64,000 bases of DNA from Oopsacas minuta. Its lineage: Eukaryota > Animalia > Porifera. A program made the position numbers and the translations under genes. Location: assembly GCA_024704765.1 (NCBI GenBank), contig JAKMXF010000155.1:186001-250000 (forward strand). Reading direction: 5' to 3'. The notes below the pieces were generated by a model. The model was not told the DNA's origin. It was given only the letters and a program-made list of their open reading frames with translations, and searched no databases. Shown one piece after another: positions 60,635 to 64,000 of the stretch; positions within the stretch are counted from its first letter, which is position 1; the number at the start of each line of letters is the position of its first letter.

Positions 60635-63567
60635 CACAGTGGCACGAAATGCCAATTTGGTGGAAATAGCAATTTATGTAACAGATATGCATGTATGATG
60701 TATTATTGACGTATAGGTTATCTACCCTATACAACAGATTTACACTATCAGAATTTATATACGGCTTCGGAATCACGAGTTATGACGTCATTGGAATGTC
60801 TGTATAGTTTTTAGAAATATACTTAATCATCCTCTATTATGAGGGAATTAACAATAAGATCTTGTTTACTAATAGCATCGCTGTTACTTGAGGCAATTCC
60901 GCATCTTTCTGTTTAGTAGAAGAATCGGATCACTTTGGCAGATGATCCGTGCGAAAACATCTTTTAGGTTTTCTTCAAAGGAAAACTTCCTCGACAAACG
61001 TTCTCTAAATCTTCTAAGTAACTTATTGCATGACTCCAGACCTTCCACTGATAACTGTTCCAGTCCATAACCATCATTATAATCAGAAATAATGCTTGCT
61101 GCATGAGCTAACAGTTTGTACATTGTAGGGGTTATGTTAGCCCAGAAAATTTCGTCGCAATCAGCTGACAAAGTTCGCGACATACTAATGAGAGTTCGTC
61201 TGTGTGTATTCTTCTATTAGAATTATATATCCGTAGGATGGCTCCAAGGTAGGTGTGGATATCAGTGATCACTTGTTTACAATTTGATGGTAATACTGCC
61301 AAAATCCAGTATAGGAAGTCTCTCTCACTATCATCTTTCTCATTAGCATTTTCTCACAACATTTCCTGTTGTAGAAGTTCCACCTTGCGAAGAAGCACAA
61401 TCAATCATCAAATTCAACTTTTCTTTTAACAAACCGCAAATAAAACTCTTGGTGTATTGGACTTTAGTAGAAGTTGGTGACCATTTAGTTCCTCCAGCAG
61501 TTAGATGGCTTACCAGAGACATAAACCAACTGGAACACGTAAGGTATGCGTGTAAAGGTGAACCCGGGATTATGTCTATATCAGATAAAGGTGCATGCGT
61601 AAGATTAAACCTTTCGTTAGAACTTAGTGAGAGAAATCGCTCTTCACCAACTTCTTCAAATATGATCTTTGCATCACTGATAAACCTGTTGATGGGAAAG
61701 CCATCCTGGACAAAAGTTAAATCGTGCATCTGCTCGAATGTAGTTGTGCAAAACTGACAACAAGCTCTTCCTGCACCATTCAAAATTTGAGCCATTTTTC
61801 CATCAATTTGCGAACGCAAATTTGCGCACTAGAGTGATACCATTAATCAAATTTAGACCATTATTTTTGATGTACTCAGTCTCCTTGTTGACCATTGTCA
61901 ACATAAGAAAGCCTACATTTTCTAGATTTTCTTGAAGAGCAAGTATGGTTATTGGCCTTATCGAGAATGAGGAATTCGGAATAGAGTTCTTCCAGAGGAA
62001 TTATCCTTGGTGATTGGTGATAGAAAGCACCTTAAATCCAAATAATAGAAAGTTCTTGGCTGTGAAATCGGGATGGGAAGTTACTTGTTGATAAAAGCGG
62101 TGGGAACCTGACCCATCTAACCCATCGATATCCGAATCTTAAGTAGTTGGTCATCACTGTTAATGGGAGTATTTGTGAATATTATCCTATTCACTGTGTG
62201 AGTGAGTAATCTGTGATAGGAAATGCCAATTTCCAACCGGATACTATCTTTCCACTATTTCCATCTCATCAATTAGACAAATTTGACTACGATGGATTGC
62301 GACTCTATTGTAACCAGGTAGTGTGATATCCTCATTAATTAATATACGTCTTAGATCGATGTGTTTTGACTTCCCAATTTCTAATGAGTCTAGTAAGAAG
62401 CAAGACGAATCTAAAGAGACTTTCCTGTTGAAATTTCCTAATCCATGACTCCCGGCAATTACATTTTTGCTGATATTAGCGGTGCTAACATCATGTTCTT
62501 CCTGTGAATACAACAACAGTAAGTAACTAGAAATCATCTTAGGTGAAATTTCTTCCCGTTGTGCGACAGTTTCCAGATGTAATCTCAGGATGGCTAATCG
62601 ATATCGCATACCTTTATTACTTAATTCGCTGATGTGCTTCCGAGATACTCGACTAAAGTCTTCCTCGAATACAATTGTAGATTCCTTGAAGGGTCTATCT
62701 TCATTTGAAGACTGTGGAATGTCATCCATTTGAGGATCCCTACAAAAGAACAATTCATCCCAAGTTGCTAAGTCCTTCTTTTTCAAATATATTTTTCTTT
62801 CAGACTTAATATTTGAAAAAATTTTCGGCGGAAAAGGTCACAATTGGACTCCTCAAGATTATATTTAGTAATAAACTGACGAGCAATCGTACTAAACGCT
62901 TTCTCCGAGTTGGACATATAGAAATTGAAGGCTTCTTTGTTGTTCATTAGGACGGAGTAAAATTGAAACTAATTAATAATCAACCATAAGATAAAATTTG
63001 TTCCTAACATAAGGGCTGTAAATTACGGGACAACCAGTAGAAATAGACGCAAAACTCAATTAGCGCCAAGTTGCGCCAGGCTAGAACTAAGTTTATTTTG
63101 TTTTAAATATAACTTTCTTCAAAATACAATCCATTTTACAACGGGCGACAACAGGCAAAGATAGTTGTGGCATTTCAAACTCAATTGACCAAACATAAAT
63201 TCACCAAAATTATTTGGAATTTCTACCTAGTTTATTCTAAAAGCTAATATTATAATTTCCTAGTCATGTATTTCATTATAATGGCCACATAAAGTACTTC
63301 AATATGACAGGCTACAATTTTCATATACAAAACTAACACACGAATATGTGTCAAATTCCTTTGGCTACTTTGAGAAACCTTGATTTCTGTATTTTCATCG
63401 TGTTGAAGTTACTCATCTATAAACAACTATTGTTCAAAAGTAAGACTATCAAATATCATTACATGCTGTATTTCTGGGTTTCCGAGTATGCTGAATAAGA
63501 TAGGATAATTAGATATCAAAATATCACTGTCAAATATTTCGCAATTTCAACCTGTCGTGCCATTGTG
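60635..63567 (-). mobile_element. RAG1-like / Transib-superfamily transposon (2933 bp), full length, inactivated
   Basis: Ends CACAGTGGCACGA (60635) and CACAATGGCACGA (reverse complement, 63567), 12/13 identical; 5-bp TSD CGGAG/CAGAG (4/5); encloses a RAG1-core-like frame. Confidence 0.9.
60823..62947 (-). pseudogene. RAG1-core-like transposase pseudogene (about 700 aa when repaired)
   Basis: ATG at 62947 (MNNKEAFNFY). NBD-like RKHISELSNKGMRYRLAILRLHLETVAQREE; GLDGSGSH (D600-like, 62115-62117); PNSSFSIRPITILALQE; IDGKM (D708-like) followed by CCQFC; TTGNVVRK; TPTMYKLLAH; SVEGLESCNK (E962-like); NLKDVFARIICQSDP. Several frameshifts and stops. Confidence 0.87.
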
Positions 63568-63594
63568 CAGAGCATTAAGCGTTCCTCATTTTTG

Positions 63595-63617
63595 GAGCGC
63601 GCTTTCGCTTCGCGCTC
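63595..63617. other. GC-rich hairpin containing the reverse complement of GCGAAGC
   Basis: GAGCGCG-CTTTCGCTT-CGCGCTC (7-bp stem), 27 bp beyond the Transib end; probably the terminus of another repeat. Confidence 0.4.
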
Positions 63618-64000
63618 TTGCACTGAAAGAAAACGCGTTCCAACTTCCGCTTGTTACTCAGATAAGGACTGCACTCCGGATCCTGCCCAGGGTCTCTGAA
63701 ATCGTGATCTCGTTGAAAAATATACAGAGCCTAAGAAATTTATAGGTTGGGCATAGAAAATTATGTAAATTACAAAACTCTTATTAAAAAATTTCCATCA
63801 CATGAATTTTTGCAATTCAGTTTTTTTAACTTGGTGTCAAAACTTCATTTTCCAGAATTATTCCGTAAATAAAGGACCATAACAACAAAATTACAAATAA
63901 ATTAGACCATGATATGTAGTTTGTGAAATTGGCCTCACAACTGCTTTGAACACAAATTGAGGGAAATTTTCAACATCTTCATTGCATTTGTATCTATTCC

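Noticed and set aside
62192-62198. Internal CACTGTG heptamer in the RAG1-like coding region
   Set aside because: It lies in coding sequence (HTV codons) with no TIR continuation or nonamer; expected by chance.
60635-63567. RAG2-like partner gene or 12/23 RSS nonamers in the RAG1-like element
   Set aside because: Only about 620 bp upstream and 190 bp downstream of the coding region remain, with no kelch-like frame. No ACAAAAACC-like sequence lies 12 or 23 bp from either heptamer. The C-terminus ends in an acidic tail without a CxxC-GH motif.
1-64000. Prokaryotic origin (IS630-like elements), rRNA or tRNA genes
   Set aside because: Eukaryotic PCNA and PPP6R, spliceosomal introns and low coding density argue against it. 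No rRNA or tRNA structure was recognised by eye, though a covariance-model scan was not possible.

Overview
AT-rich eukaryotic (animal-like) DNA. Only two clear host genes are present, both single-exon on the minus strand: PCNA (23197-24000) and a PP6 regulatory subunit of the SAPS/PPP6R family (56649-59708). Nearly everything else is DNA transposons, many nested, whose ends I could delimit by TIRs and target-site duplications (TSDs): one P/THAP9-type element, three transposase-bearing hAT elements plus hAT MITEs and a relic, three DD37E Tc1/mariner copies, one DD41D (rosa-like), one DD34E Tc1, one pogo-like element, two Ginger (KRBA2/SCAND3-like integrase) elements plus a relic, a Harbinger-type MITE and two Transib-type elements. 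Highlights: (1) a full-length but decayed RAG1-like/Transib transposon (60635-63567) with RSS-heptamer termini (CACAGTG/CACAATG), a 5-bp TSD, all three RAG1 catalytic positions and a region that aligns without gaps to the RAG1 nonamer-binding domain; (2) an apparently intact four-exon Ginger transposase (581 aa) with 41-bp perfect TIRs, arrays of a near-palindromic motif and a PHD-like finger; (3) a Harbinger-type MITE carrying 12 TTCN3GAA motifs. All protein assignments are motif recognition by eye against remembered family sequences, not database searches. The species is not determinable here; intronless housekeeping genes in an AT-rich, DNA-transposon-rich genome would fit an intron-poor invertebrate such as a glass sponge, which is inference only.
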